Positions 20,725 to 30,058 are shown, counted from the stretch's first letter. The stretch is DNA of 64,000 bases from Syntrophobacterales bacterium (GCA_031274925.1 JAISPL010000037.1:1231-65230), one strand, 5' to 3'. Notes: a model not told the origin generated them from the sequence alone. A program made the numbers and translations.

Positions 20725-20985
20725 TCACTCTGTTTGACTTTTCCACACTATTTTTGCTTCCGTGAGGTTCTCCTCCCTTTCTTCAAGGTCCTTGAGCCGC
20801 ATGTTGCTATAGATAAGCTCCTGAGGAAACTCAAACTTCAGATGGGCGCATCCGTACGTCGGCTTCGGTCTGGCTGCCTTTAGGTGCCTTGCTGCTTTAC
20901 AAATCTGCGAATGCCTGCCAATGTAAATTGGGCATTCTTTGCACAATTTATTTGAAAACGGACAGGCTCCTGAAACTCTTGTCAT
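20725..20985 (-). CDS. hypothetical Cys-rich small protein
   Basis: 86 aa. Strong SD (AAGGAGGTG, 9 nt before the ATG). Cys pattern C8-X7-C-X2-C-X9-C-X17-C with a charged C-terminus. It lies 110 bp upstream of the Mo-hydroxylase operon on the same strand. Confidence 0.45.
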   Translation of the reverse strand: MTRVSGACPFSNKLCKECPIYIGRHSQICKAARHLKAARPKPTYGCAHLKFEFPQELIYSNMRLKDLEEREENLTEAKIVWKSQTE

Positions 20986-22020
20986 CTACTTGCTCACCTC
21001 CTTTAGTAATTTTATTTTAACTGCCACTCCTAAAACTGCAATATGAAATCGGCACTTACGGCGCCGCTATTTTTATTAGTGAATCGGCTCTATCAAAATA
21101 AATTATCTGTTTTGACTATACAACAATATTTGTATTCATATCAAGATATTTCTCAATTATACATCTCGGTTTTATGTTCCTATTCAGAAACACCTCATTA
21201 CCTCATTCCGTTCAGTTTGCTTGGATTCCAACAGCCCACTTTTAGCTACATCCAGTTCCCGGACTTCACCTCGATAAGGCGATCGCCAGCGCACTTCCTT
21301 CACTCTCTTAATTGTCTGAGGATATCCTTCTTTGTTGCCATTTCGGCATCGTGAGTTCCTTCTGGTTTTCTCACTCCTTAAACGGCTTCATCCACACTCA
21401 GCGTATTCCACAAATTTATCGCGTACCAAGGATACCTACAGATAGTATACCCATAGAGAATCAAATTCGTCTTTAACTGTGAGCATCCATTTGTGGCAGT
21501 CCGGTCCATAATACAACGGTCCCTAAGGTGCATTGGCTGGTAAGGGACTAAGAAACATTCCTTTTTATATTCATCTTTGAGAAGGATTGGTGCCACGGAG
21601 ATCTTGTTTACATCAAGATGATAAAAATGGTTGTTTGCCAGAAAAAGAAGCCCCCCTGCCAGTGAAGGGGGGGGATGGCAGGAGGGGCTGTCCAAAACGC
21701 CCTACTAAGAGGTATCTCAGACATATATATCATAACACATTTCCACGTTTACTACAAGCTTTCTCTAAAACAGGCGGTTCACAGGAGATACACGGAACGA
21801 AACGCCAGTTCTGCCGGCCCTAACTGCAGAAAGGCCCTGCTGACGGTTCGATTCCTAGATCCCATAGTGCGCGTAACTCTTTAATAGAAGGGAACTATTT
21901 ACCGTACTTTCAAGGAAGAGGGAGCAAAAATTTGCAACACCTGGCCCCAATCTAAACAACCCGCATAAAATTACGTTTCGTAGTAGGACGATTATTAGAG
22001 CCAACAAGTTCTTCCCGGGA

Positions 22021-22515
22021 TCAGGACCTTTTCTCTCGAGAGCCAAGTTTCTTTGCTGATGCTTTTTCCTTCTCCTTTTTCTTTGCCTCAGTCATCTGTC
22101 TTTTTTGGCTGGTTAACTCGGCCTGATGTTTCTGATGGGCCTTTACCGCATCAATCTCGGCCCGCAATTGCAGGATTTCAGACTTCAATTTGTTGCGTTC
22201 TCTATTGGAGGCTTCGATTTTGGCATCGGAACTCGTCTGGAAACCTGCCAGTTGCCCTCCTACTCCTTTTAGCTCACTGACCTCGGTGGCGAGACCAGAC
22301 ACTGTATTCTCAAGAAAGAGCAATCTAATCCCGACAAGAACGATCAATATAACAAGGATTATAGGAAAAACCGGCACTTTTTTGAGGACAGACGGCATCT
22401 TGCTACCCTTAGGCGGCACTACCTTTGTCTTTCTTCCGCGATCCGCGGTATATCCTCCGGGAACGTCTATGTCATTCATCAACACAGCTTTATCATCTTC
22501 ATCAAATACCGGCAT
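22021..22515 (-). CDS. hypothetical single-pass membrane protein with a coiled-coil, Lys/Glu-rich C-terminus
   Basis: I prefer the start MPVFDEDD (ATG 22515, SD AAGGAG 8 nt upstream) over the track start at 22557. One TM segment (VPVFPIILVILIVLVGIRLLF) is followed by heptad-like SELKG...LQLRAEIDAVKAHQK. Confidence 0.5.
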   Translation of the reverse strand: MPVFDEDDKAVLMNDIDVPGGYTADRGRKTKVVPPKGSKMPSVLKKVPVFPIILVILIVLVGIRLLFLENTVSGLATEVSELKGVGGQLAGFQTSSDAKIEASNRERNKLKSEILQLRAEIDAVKAHQKHQAELTSQKRQMTEAKKKEKEKASAKKLGSREKRS

Positions 22516-22666
22516 TTTCGCTCTCCTTTTATATATAAGTCTACCGATAATTATCACAGTTCATCCTCTCATGCCACAAAAATCGTCTCCTTTGTACTGA
22601 ACTGCCCGCAAACAAAGGGATTCCAGAATGTGAGACTTACGGTCCACAGGTGAACCCCGAAAATTC

Positions 22667-22695
22667 TTGACAATCGCGGCTAAAAACGTTAATTT
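22667..22695 (+). promoter_or_regulatory. sigma70-type promoter of the HNH-HIT-PNP cassette
   Basis: TTGACA (22667-22672), 17 nt, TAATTT (22690-22695). ATG 22706 follows only 10 nt later with no SD. The TTG start used by the ORF track is the -35 hexamer. Confidence 0.5.
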
Positions 22696-22705
22696 TCAGC
22701 AGGTT

Positions 22706-23218
22706 ATGGATAGGACCCTCCTCCTTAATACCAGTTTTGAGCCGATAAACGTTCTACCATGGAAAAAGGCGGTTACCCTTATATTTCTCGGAAAAGTTGA
22801 GGTCTTAAAAGAATACGAACGGGAAATAAAGGGAGTATCCGCCACCATGCGACATCCGGCAGTAATCAGATTGCTCAGGCTTGTACGAAACCGTCACATA
22901 AACGTCAAGTTTTCAAGAAAGAATATTTTCTTAAGGGATAACTACACTTGTCAGTATTGCGGGAAAAAATTCGAACCCAAAAGCCTGACATGCGATCACA
23001 TAATTCCCCGGTCAAGAGGCGGTACAGCGGAATGGACCAATATTGTCACGTCGTGTCTCCACTGCAACGTCAAGAAGGGCGACAAGATGCCGGATGAGGC
23101 AGGCATGAGTCCTCGAAAAAGACCATCAAGGCCTCGCGGATTTTATATGCTTATGCTCCTTGTGGGCGTAAATGTAATGCCTGATTATTGGAAAGACTAT
23201 ATATTTTCGAGGGATTAA
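22706..23218 (+). CDS. HNH endonuclease family protein
   Basis: 170 aa from ATG 22706. HNH/zinc motifs CQYCGKKF...CDHIIPRSRGG...N..TSCLHCNVKKGDK. The N-terminal LLLNTSFEPINVLPWKKAV block is typical of stand-alone HNH proteins. Confidence 0.8.
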   Translation: MDRTLLLNTSFEPINVLPWKKAVTLIFLGKVEVLKEYEREIKGVSATMRHPAVIRLLRLVRNRHINVKFSRKNIFLRDNYTCQYCGKKFEPKSLTCDHIIPRSRGGTAEWTNIVTSCLHCNVKKGDKMPDEAGMSPRKRPSRPRGFYMLMLLVGVNVMPDYWKDYIFSRD

Positions 23219-23219
23219 T

Positions 23220-23708
23220 ATGGAAAAAATTTGGGCGCCATGGAGAATGGAATATGTCGGCAGTGAGCCAAAGGATGACAAAAAGTGCTTCCTTTGCATT
23301 GATGAAGTCGATGATGAACAGTCGCTCGTCGTGGGACGGAAAGGCAGGGCCTTCGTGATTATGAACCGCTACCCCTATACGAATGGCCATACGATGGTCG
23401 TTCCGGCAAGACACGTTGGTACGCTGGAGGACCTGCCCGACGAGGAGGCTCTTGACATGATCCGGCTCGTGAAGATCATGTCAATTATCTATAAAAGAGA
23501 CTTCAACGTCCATGGTCTCAATATCGGTATAAACTCAGGGCGGGCGGCTGGTGCGGGTCTGGAGGAGCACTTCCACATTCACATTGTACCCAGATGGTTC
23601 GGTGATACCAATTTTATGCCTGTCATGGGAGACGTGAGAGTCATCTCCGAACACATTATGGACTCATATGAAAGATTAAAGAGAAGATTCGTTGAACAGG
23701 CGCTTTGA
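23220..23708 (+). CDS. HIT-family nucleotide hydrolase/phosphorylase (Ap4A-phosphorylase-like)
   Basis: 162 aa. Histidine triad HFHIHIVPR and N-terminal WAPWRMEYV. It starts 1 nt after the HNH stop. Confidence 0.8.
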   Translation: MEKIWAPWRMEYVGSEPKDDKKCFLCIDEVDDEQSLVVGRKGRAFVIMNRYPYTNGHTMVVPARHVGTLEDLPDEEALDMIRLVKIMSIIYKRDFNVHGLNIGINSGRAAGAGLEEHFHIHIVPRWFGDTNFMPVMGDVRVISEHIMDSYERLKRRFVEQAL

Positions 23709-24438
23709 TCCTTCCCGTCCAGTCTTATCCCCCCATGATATAATCTATGCCTTCACAAAAAACTTGTCGGATGATCTTGCTCTCCCCAAGAGGGCAATAG
23801 TTACCTTCAATAAAGGAGATCTGAATTACATCCTGAGTCAATCAAAAGGCATACCGGTGGAGGCTTGGTCACGTTTCAGACAGATATACCGTCTCAATGG
23901 CTTTAAGACGGTTATCACTCGCTCTTATTTCGGAGGACCCAATATTTCAGCCCTCGTGGAAGAACTTGCCGCTTTCGGGGTGGCAGAGTTCGTGATGTGG
24001 GGGTATTGCGGTGGAATTGATCCGGCTTTGGCGATAGGAGACATCCTCGTGGCTACGGGTGCTCTGCGGGAAGACGGTGTTTCTTTTCACTATATGGAGG
24101 GCAATGACGCCATGGTATCTTCCAGCTGGCTTAATTCGTGGGTGACAAACGCAAGAGATGAAGGATTCCACTCAGGTACGGTATGGAGTTGCGATGCCAT
24201 CTACAGAGAAACGGCTGGCAAAGTTATGCGATACAGGGAACTGGGTATCAGCGGCGTGGAGATGGAAACTGCCTCTTTTTACAGCGTATGCAATTACCTT
24301 GGAATCAGAGGGATCGTCTTTCTCGTCGTGTCTGATTTACTTACTGAAGATTCCTGGACACCAGGCTTCCGAACGAAGTCTTTCAGAGCAGGCGTGAAAA
24401 AACTTGCGCAATTCATTCTCAACCAGGCCATATGCTAA
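23692..24438 (+). CDS. nucleoside phosphorylase family I (PNP/UDP type) protein
   Basis: 248 aa. The only in-frame start near the 5' end is TTG 23692, overlapping the HIT stop by 17 nt. Motifs: GYCGGIDP, GVEMETASFY, and a VVSDLL tail. Confidence 0.7.
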   Translation: MNRRFDPSRPVLSPHDIIYAFTKNLSDDLALPKRAIVTFNKGDLNYILSQSKGIPVEAWSRFRQIYRLNGFKTVITRSYFGGPNISALVEELAAFGVAEFVMWGYCGGIDPALAIGDILVATGALREDGVSFHYMEGNDAMVSSSWLNSWVTNARDEGFHSGTVWSCDAIYRETAGKVMRYRELGISGVEMETASFYSVCNYLGIRGIVFLVVSDLLTEDSWTPGFRTKSFRAGVKKLAQFILNQAIC

Positions 24439-24444
24439 TCGGCA

Positions 24445-24482
24445 ATAAAAAAGAGGCCGATACTCCGTCGGCCTCTTTACAT
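24445..24482. terminator. bidirectional rho-independent terminator between the PNP gene and rplC
   Basis: Perfect 10-bp stem AAGAGGCCGA / 7-nt loop / TCGGCCTCTT (24451-24477). An A-run lies on the left (T-run for the minus-strand rplC transcript) and TTTAC.TT on the right. Confidence 0.75.
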
Positions 24483-24543
24483 TCTTGAATCGCCCTAAAC
24501 CGAACTTATCTTTTCGGCTTTCAGACAGAAACTACCTTCACCG

Positions 24544-25185
24544 CTACTTTTTCACGGCTTTTTTTATAATCACAAACCCATTACTGGGACCAGGAATAGC
24601 TCCCTCAACCATAAGAATATTTGTGTCACCTCGTACATCTATCACCTTCAGGTTCTGTACCGTAACCCTTTTCGAACCCATATGCCCAGGCATTTTCTTT
24701 CCTTTAATGGTACGCCCCGGCGTCATGTTCTGCCCGATAGAACCTCCATGCCTGAAAAACTCATGCGTGCCCCGTGACGCAGGCGCCCCTTTAAAGTGAT
24801 GTCGTTTTACAACGCCCGCAAACCCCTTACCTTTCGATGTACCCGTCACATCTACAAACTCTCCGGGCTCGAATATTTCCACCGAAATCTCGCCGCCAAG
24901 TTCATAGGCTTCCAGTCCCTCCGCATCAACCCTGAACTCCCTCAGTAATGCCCTTGGCAAAACATTCGCTTTTTTAAAGTGACCGTTCGCCGGTTTATTT
25001 ACCCGTTTCACCTTTTCTATTTCTTCAAACCCGAGTTGAATCCCATCATATCCATCACCGGAGACGGTTTTTTTCTGCACCACCGCACATGGACCAGCCT
25101 TAATTACGGTCACAGGTATAGCGCTGCCGTCCTCCCCGAATATTTGTGTCATTCCGAGTTTTCTACCAAGCAATCCAATTCCCAT
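24544..25185 (-). CDS. rplC: 50S ribosomal protein L3
   Basis: 213 aa. MGIGLLGRKLGMTQIFGEDGSAIPVTVI..., VDVTGTSKGKGFAGVVKRHHF and GSIGQNMTPGR..KGKKMPGHMG align along the whole length with bacterial L3. SD GGAGGTGA. Confidence 0.95.
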   Translation of the reverse strand: MGIGLLGRKLGMTQIFGEDGSAIPVTVIKAGPCAVVQKKTVSGDGYDGIQLGFEEIEKVKRVNKPANGHFKKANVLPRALLREFRVDAEGLEAYELGGEISVEIFEPGEFVDVTGTSKGKGFAGVVKRHHFKGAPASRGTHEFFRHGGSIGQNMTPGRTIKGKKMPGHMGSKRVTVQNLKVIDVRGDTNILMVEGAIPGPSNGFVIIKKAVKK

Positions 25186-25211
25186 TTTCCTTCACCTCCG
25201 AAAAGTTTAAA

Positions 25212-25240
25212 ATAATAGTAAAAAAAGATAGTAAAGTCAA
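25212..25240 (-). promoter_or_regulatory. sigma70-type promoter dedicated to rplC
   Basis: The minus strand reads TTGACT (25235-25240), 17 nt, TATTAT (25212-25217), followed by a roughly 25-nt leader carrying the SD. Confidence 0.6.
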
Positions 25241-25332
25241 GGAGAAATACGGGTAACCCCTTGAAGGGATGCACGTTATGAATAGCTAATACACAGTCTT
25301 GCAGTACAGAGTACCATAATTTCACCGGATTC

Positions 25333-25341
25333 TGTTACAAT
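25333..25341 (+). promoter_or_regulatory. extended -10 element (TGtTACAAT) directly upstream of ygiQ
   Basis: TGnTACAAT ends 8 nt before ATG 25350, and no SD lies between. No good -35 hexamer was found. Confidence 0.35.
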
Positions 25342-25349
25342 ATATCGAC

Positions 25350-27098
25350 ATGACTGATATGCTGCCTGCAAGCAAAGAGGATCTGACCGCACGGGGATGG
25401 GAAACTCTTGATATTATTCTGGTCACCGGAGACGCCTATGTGGATCACCCCTCATATGGAGCCGCCGTAATAGGAAGACTCCTTGAGTCGGCAGGTTTCA
25501 GGGTCGGTATCATTGCCCAGCCGGACTGGAAAAGTGTCGACGATTTTACACGTTTAGGAAAACCAAGACTTTTTTTCGGAGTCACTTCCGGGAATCTTGA
25601 TTCTATGGTGTCCAATTACACATCCCACAAAAGACGAAGAAAGGTGGACGTCTACTCTCCAGGAGGAAGACCGGGTCTAAGACCAGACCGGGCCGTAATA
25701 GTCTACGCAAACAGGATAAGAGAGGCTTTCCACGACACGGCCATTGTCATAGGCGGCATTGAGGCGAGCCTCAGGAGGATGTCCCATTACGACTGGTGGG
25801 ATAATAAAGTGCGTAGGTCCATTCTCCTGGACACAAGAGCCGATATCCTCGTCTACGGGATGGGTGAACGGCCGATCGTCGAGATCGCCCGGCGCATGAC
25901 GGAGGGAGCCGATCTTTACGGAATTCCCGGCACCGTCATCGTAAGAAAAGAGGCGCCTCTGTCCGATGGCCCCATTCACATGCCGACCTACGAAGAGACC
26001 AGGGATGACAAGAAGAAGTTTAGCTCGGCATTCAAGATTTTCTATGCGAACCAAGATCCTTTCACCGGAAAAATTCTCACCCAACGTCACGACAGGCGAT
26101 ATGTAATCCAGTTCCCTCCTTCCCCTCCCCTCTCCAGAGATAACCTGGATGCCATATACGGACTTCCGTTCACACGAACAGCTCACGCTTCACATAAGGA
26201 AGACAAACCGCCTCCCGGCCTAGAAACGGTCAAATTCTCCATAATTTCTCACAGGGGCTGTTGCGGTGCCTGCAGTTTCTGCTCATTATCGCTGCATCAA
26301 GGCATGATTGTCCAGTCGAGAAGCGAGAAGTCCATCCTTGACGAGGCAAAAAAAATCTCCGAAATGAAGGACTTCAAGGGCACAATTACGGATGTGGGAG
26401 GTCCTACGGCCAACCTGTACGGGTCACAATGTCCGTTATGGCTGGAAAAAGGTCATTGCGGCAAAAGAGATTGCCTGATCCCGGTGAAATGCAAAAACCT
26501 CAGGCTCGGCTACAGGGAAAGCATGGAGCTTTATCGGACGATCCTCTCTCTCCCAAAAGTCAAGCACATGTTTATAGAAAGCGGTATCCGGTACGACCTC
26601 CTTGTCGACAAGGAGACAACGGATTATTTCGAATACCTCTGCCGGCATCATGTTGGCGGTCAGATGAAAGTTGCCCCAGAACATTCGGTGGATTCGGTTC
26701 TAAGGGTCATGAACAAACCTGACTTTCAGGTCTATCAGAGATTTATCCACAAATTCAAGGAGATACAGAACCGGATCCGGAAGGACCAATATGTGGTGAA
26801 CTATTTTATAAGCGCACACCCGGGAGCGACAATAGAGAATGAAAATAGCCTCTCAATGTATCTCCGGGAACGAAAGATGCATCCCGAGCAGGTTCAGGAT
26901 TTTACCCCCCTGCCCTCCACTGTGGCAAGTTGCATGTACTACACTGAAGAACATCCCTTTACCGGAGAAACCCTACATGTGGCAAAATCCTTTGAGGAAC
27001 GGGAGATACACAGGGCTCTCATCCAGCGCAGACATTCAAAGAACAGGAGGCCAGCACATAACATATCGAATTCATTATCTAATAGCCGCCGCAAATAG
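25350..27098 (+). CDS. ygiQ: YgiQ-family radical SAM protein (UPF0313)
   Basis: 582 aa. The N-terminus [40 protein letters not shown] is characteristic of YgiQ. Cluster motif [12 protein letters not shown]. Confidence 0.85.
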   Translation: MTDMLPASKEDLTARGWETLDIILVTGDAYVDHPSYGAAVIGRLLESAGFRVGIIAQPDWKSVDDFTRLGKPRLFFGVTSGNLDSMVSNYTSHKRRRKVDVYSPGGRPGLRPDRAVIVYANRIREAFHDTAIVIGGIEASLRRMSHYDWWDNKVRRSILLDTRADILVYGMGERPIVEIARRMTEGADLYGIPGTVIVRKEAPLSDGPIHMPTYEETRDDKKKFSSAFKIFYANQDPFTGKILTQRHDRRYVIQFPPSPPLSRDNLDAIYGLPFTRTAHASHKEDKPPPGLETVKFSIISHRGCCGACSFCSLSLHQGMIVQSRSEKSILDEAKKISEMKDFKGTITDVGGPTANLYGSQCPLWLEKGHCGKRDCLIPVKCKNLRLGYRESMELYRTILSLPKVKHMFIESGIRYDLLVDKETTDYFEYLCRHHVGGQMKVAPEHSVDSVLRVMNKPDFQVYQRFIHKFKEIQNRIRKDQYVVNYFISAHPGATIENENSLSMYLRERKMHPEQVQDFTPLPSTVASCMYYTEEHPFTGETLHVAKSFEEREIHRALIQRRHSKNRRPAHNISNSLSNSRRK

Positions 27099-27155
27099 AA
27101 TGATTGCCAAAAAATTACTTGACATTTATCAGAGCAAAAGTTAGTAATATTTCTT

Positions 27156-27773
27156 ATGCGATTGTTTAGAATGTCAAAATTTACCTCAATCTCCGTGATA
27201 ATAACCGCTGTTTTGCTTTTTACCGTGGTCACAGCGGTCCGGGTGTTCAGCGATGAGATCCGCAAAGACGATGCCTACGTTAAAGAAAAGATCGTCGATT
27301 ATCTCAAATCAAAAAAGGTACGAACTTCCGAAGATAAACTCAAGACGATAGCCGACAGGGTTTATGAAGAATCCCGGGAATGCGGCGTTGACTACAGACT
27401 CATTCTTGCAGTGATGAAGGTGGAAAGCAATTTCAGGAGTGATGCTGTCTCAAAGCGCGGTGCACGGGGGCTTCTCCAGATAATGCCATCTCTGGCGCGA
27501 CACGTTTCGAAAGACATGGGCATACAAGTGAAGGGATCAAAAACGCTCAACGAGCCGGAAAAGAACATAAAAATAGGAGTAAACCATATCTCAAGTCTTC
27601 TGGAGAAATTTGAGAACCTGAAGACAGCCCTTCATGCGTATAATGTAGGGTCTTATAAGATCAGAAATAAAGTGTCCAAAGATTATGCTCCCGACACGCC
27701 TTTCACCAGAAAAGTGCTACACGAGTATAACCAAATGCTCGTCGTTCTCCCCGATCTTGAGGAAGAGGAATAG
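27156..27773 (+). CDS. lytic transglycosylase (SLT domain), membrane-anchored or secreted
   Basis: 205 aa. N-terminal hydrophobic segment. SLT motifs ILAVMKVESNFRSDAVSKRGARGLLQIMP and AYNVG. Confidence 0.8.
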   Translation: MRLFRMSKFTSISVIITAVLLFTVVTAVRVFSDEIRKDDAYVKEKIVDYLKSKKVRTSEDKLKTIADRVYEESRECGVDYRLILAVMKVESNFRSDAVSKRGARGLLQIMPSLARHVSKDMGIQVKGSKTLNEPEKNIKIGVNHISSLLEKFENLKTALHAYNVGSYKIRNKVSKDYAPDTPFTRKVLHEYNQMLVVLPDLEEEE

Positions 27774-27811
27774 TTCACATTCAAGGCGCCTCCGGTCTAG
27801 GTTTAAGCCAT

Positions 27812-29182
27812 TTAAACGAAAATCTTGCCCGGGTTCAGTATGTTGTTGGGATCAAAAAGCTGTTTTATTTTTTTCAGGACTGTAATGATTTCGGAAGAAA
27901 GTTCCATATCAAGATAAGCGGCCTTGGAGATACCTATCCCGTGTTCTCCGGACAGGGTGCCTCCGAGCTTCAATGCCTCGGTGAAAATCTCTTTCACCGC
28001 TTTCTCCGCTTTTTCCCTGTCTTCTCTCGTATCTTTTATCATAATGTTCACATGGAAGTTGCCGTCACCGGCATGGCCAAAACTCAGAATAGGTATGCCG
28101 AACCACTTCCCCATCTCTTCAAGGGCATGGATGAGAGCGGGAATATTTGAACGGGGTACTACCACATCTTCAGCTATCTTCACTGGATTTATATTGAAGA
28201 GCGCCTGTGAAAGAGTGCGTCTCGCCTGCCACAACTTATCTGCCTCCTTCGGGTTTCTGGTCATACGGCAATCTACTGCCCTATATTCAAGCATAATTTC
28301 TTTCACTTTTTCAGCCTGGGAGTTGATGGATTGTTCATCGCCGTCCACTTCAATAAGAAGGAGACCACCCACATCCTCTGGAATACCCATAGGGTTGGCC
28401 TGCTCGCTGCAACGGATCGAAGCCCGATCCATAAATTCGATGGTAGAGGGCACAACCCGCGCGGCAATCGTGGCAGAGACTGCCTCTGCGGCCTCGTCGA
28501 CCTCTGCAAATAAAGCCAGGATCGTGGCTCTCGCCTCGGGCAGCGGTATCAGCTTAAGGATGATTTTCGTTACCACACCGAGCGTCCCTTCGCTGCCTAC
28601 GAAGAGTCTGGCAAGATCATAACCCACTACTCCCTTCATGGTTCGAACTCCAGGATTGATGATTTCACCGGTTGGGAGCACAACCTCTAGGCCGAGCACG
28701 TAGTCCCGTGTGACGCCGTACTTCAACGAATTAGGTCCCCCGGCGCACTCCGCGATGTTCCCGCCTATGCTCGAATATTTATATGAAGCCGGGTCGGGAG
28801 GATAAAAAAGGCCATGTTTCGCAGTCTCCTCCTGAAGAATAAAAGTGACTACTCCCGGCTCCACCACTGCTATCAGATTCTTTGGATCGATTTCGAGTAT
28901 TCTGTTCATCCTAGTAAAAGAAATAACAATCCCTCCAGACAGAGAGATGGAACCTCCGGTCAATCCGGTACCAGAACCCCTAGGAATCACCGGGATCAGA
29001 TGTGTATTGGCCAGAATGAGAATACGAGATACTTCATCTGCCGACGAAGGAAGGACCACCAGATCCGGGACTGCTCCGTCTGTTCTCGCATCATATGAAT
29101 AGCACCGTCTCTCCTCAAGGGAAGCGCGGACATTTTCCTGCCCCACAATGCCTGCAATCTCATCGATAATTCTTTTTTCCAT
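27812..29182 (-). CDS. glcD: FAD-linked oxidase (GlcD/D-lactate dehydrogenase family)
   Basis: 456 aa. FAD-binding PCMH domain with PRGSGTGLTGG, and a C-terminal GTLSGEHGIG...DPNNILNPGK. Confidence 0.8.
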   Translation of the reverse strand: MEKRIIDEIAGIVGQENVRASLEERRCYSYDARTDGAVPDLVVLPSSADEVSRILILANTHLIPVIPRGSGTGLTGGSISLSGGIVISFTRMNRILEIDPKNLIAVVEPGVVTFILQEETAKHGLFYPPDPASYKYSSIGGNIAECAGGPNSLKYGVTRDYVLGLEVVLPTGEIINPGVRTMKGVVGYDLARLFVGSEGTLGVVTKIILKLIPLPEARATILALFAEVDEAAEAVSATIAARVVPSTIEFMDRASIRCSEQANPMGIPEDVGGLLLIEVDGDEQSINSQAEKVKEIMLEYRAVDCRMTRNPKEADKLWQARRTLSQALFNINPVKIAEDVVVPRSNIPALIHALEEMGKWFGIPILSFGHAGDGNFHVNIMIKDTREDREKAEKAVKEIFTEALKLGGTLSGEHGIGISKAAYLDMELSSEIITVLKKIKQLFDPNNILNPGKIFV

Positions 29183-29403
29183 TTCTTCCTCTTATTCTCC
29201 GTAGCATCGATTAATGGGCAAGACCCCTGCCACCAATTAGGTGCCAGACCGCCTATAGATATTATACAAAAAACCGTTATAAATCAAGGGGGAATGGGTG
29301 GCAGGGACAGTTCCTTCGGCCCAAAAAGTGGTAGGCATTTTTAAGAACCTGTTTCTTTAAGGAGCTTTTGTGATACCTTGTCCAGTATATGAATTGAGGA
29401 AAA

Positions 29404-29661
29404 ATGAAGAGTGCCTTTATAGAGATTGACCCCATGGGCTGCCAGAAAGATGGTCTTTATGCCAGCGTTTGCCTAAAGGTTTTCTCGGAAAAATCCCTCG
29501 GTTCCACCACGACTACTGAGCGGGAAAAATTCTGTAACTCCTGTGGTCATTGCGTAAAAGTATGTCTTTTCAAGGTAATAAAGGCGCATAGCTACTGTCC
29601 GGCCGAGCGACTCCACGAGTCAAAAAAACAGTCTCATGCCCGGCTATGGTTAGATCTATGA
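29404..29661 (+). CDS. possible small ferredoxin-like protein or remnant
   Basis: 85 aa. SD GAGGA 5 nt upstream. One complete CX2CX2CX3C motif (CNSCGHCVKVC). The first motif is degenerate (IDPMGCQKDGLYASVC). It may be the decayed N-terminus of a larger Fe-S protein. Confidence 0.3.
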   Translation: MKSAFIEIDPMGCQKDGLYASVCLKVFSEKSLGSTTTTEREKFCNSCGHCVKVCLFKVIKAHSYCPAERLHESKKQSHARLWLDL

Positions 29662-30058
29662 ATTGATGTGACAAGGCGCTCGACAAAACAGTTCCGGGAT
29701 AAATATGTGGAAAACAAAACCATCAAGAGAATGATTGACTACACCCATTTCTTATAGGAAAGCATACTTCAGAGATAATACCATGATGGACAGGTGAGTT
29801 CGGCTCATAATGCATGCTTACCTCCCACCCTCTCGGGTCGGGTAGCCTTTACACAGGTTATATTGTCACAGACCTGGGTTGCTTCGTTTGATTAATACTC
29901 CCACCCAACATCTATGCCAGATTAGCGCTCGTAGATCTGGAAATGAGATTTCCACAAAATCATTCGATTGAAAGAAATCTTTCGCTATGGTAATAAATTA
30001 GCAAATTTTGCCACAACATCATTGGCTGTACGCAAGAAAGAGGAGGATAATACCCTGC

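Noticed and set aside
21838-21862. GGTTCGATTCC T-loop consensus
   Set aside because: The flanking bases cannot form a T-stem (2 of 5 pairs), and no D-arm, anticodon arm or acceptor arm is present. I mention it only as a possible att or tRNA-remnant clue.
22667-22705. TTG start of the HNH ORF used in the ORF track
   Set aside because: The TTG is the first half of a TTGACA -35 hexamer with a properly spaced -10 element. The conserved protein begins at ATG 22706.
27924-28622. 232-aa plus-strand ORF
   Set aside because: It is antisense to the GlcD-like oxidase and Ser-rich with low complexity. It has no start context.
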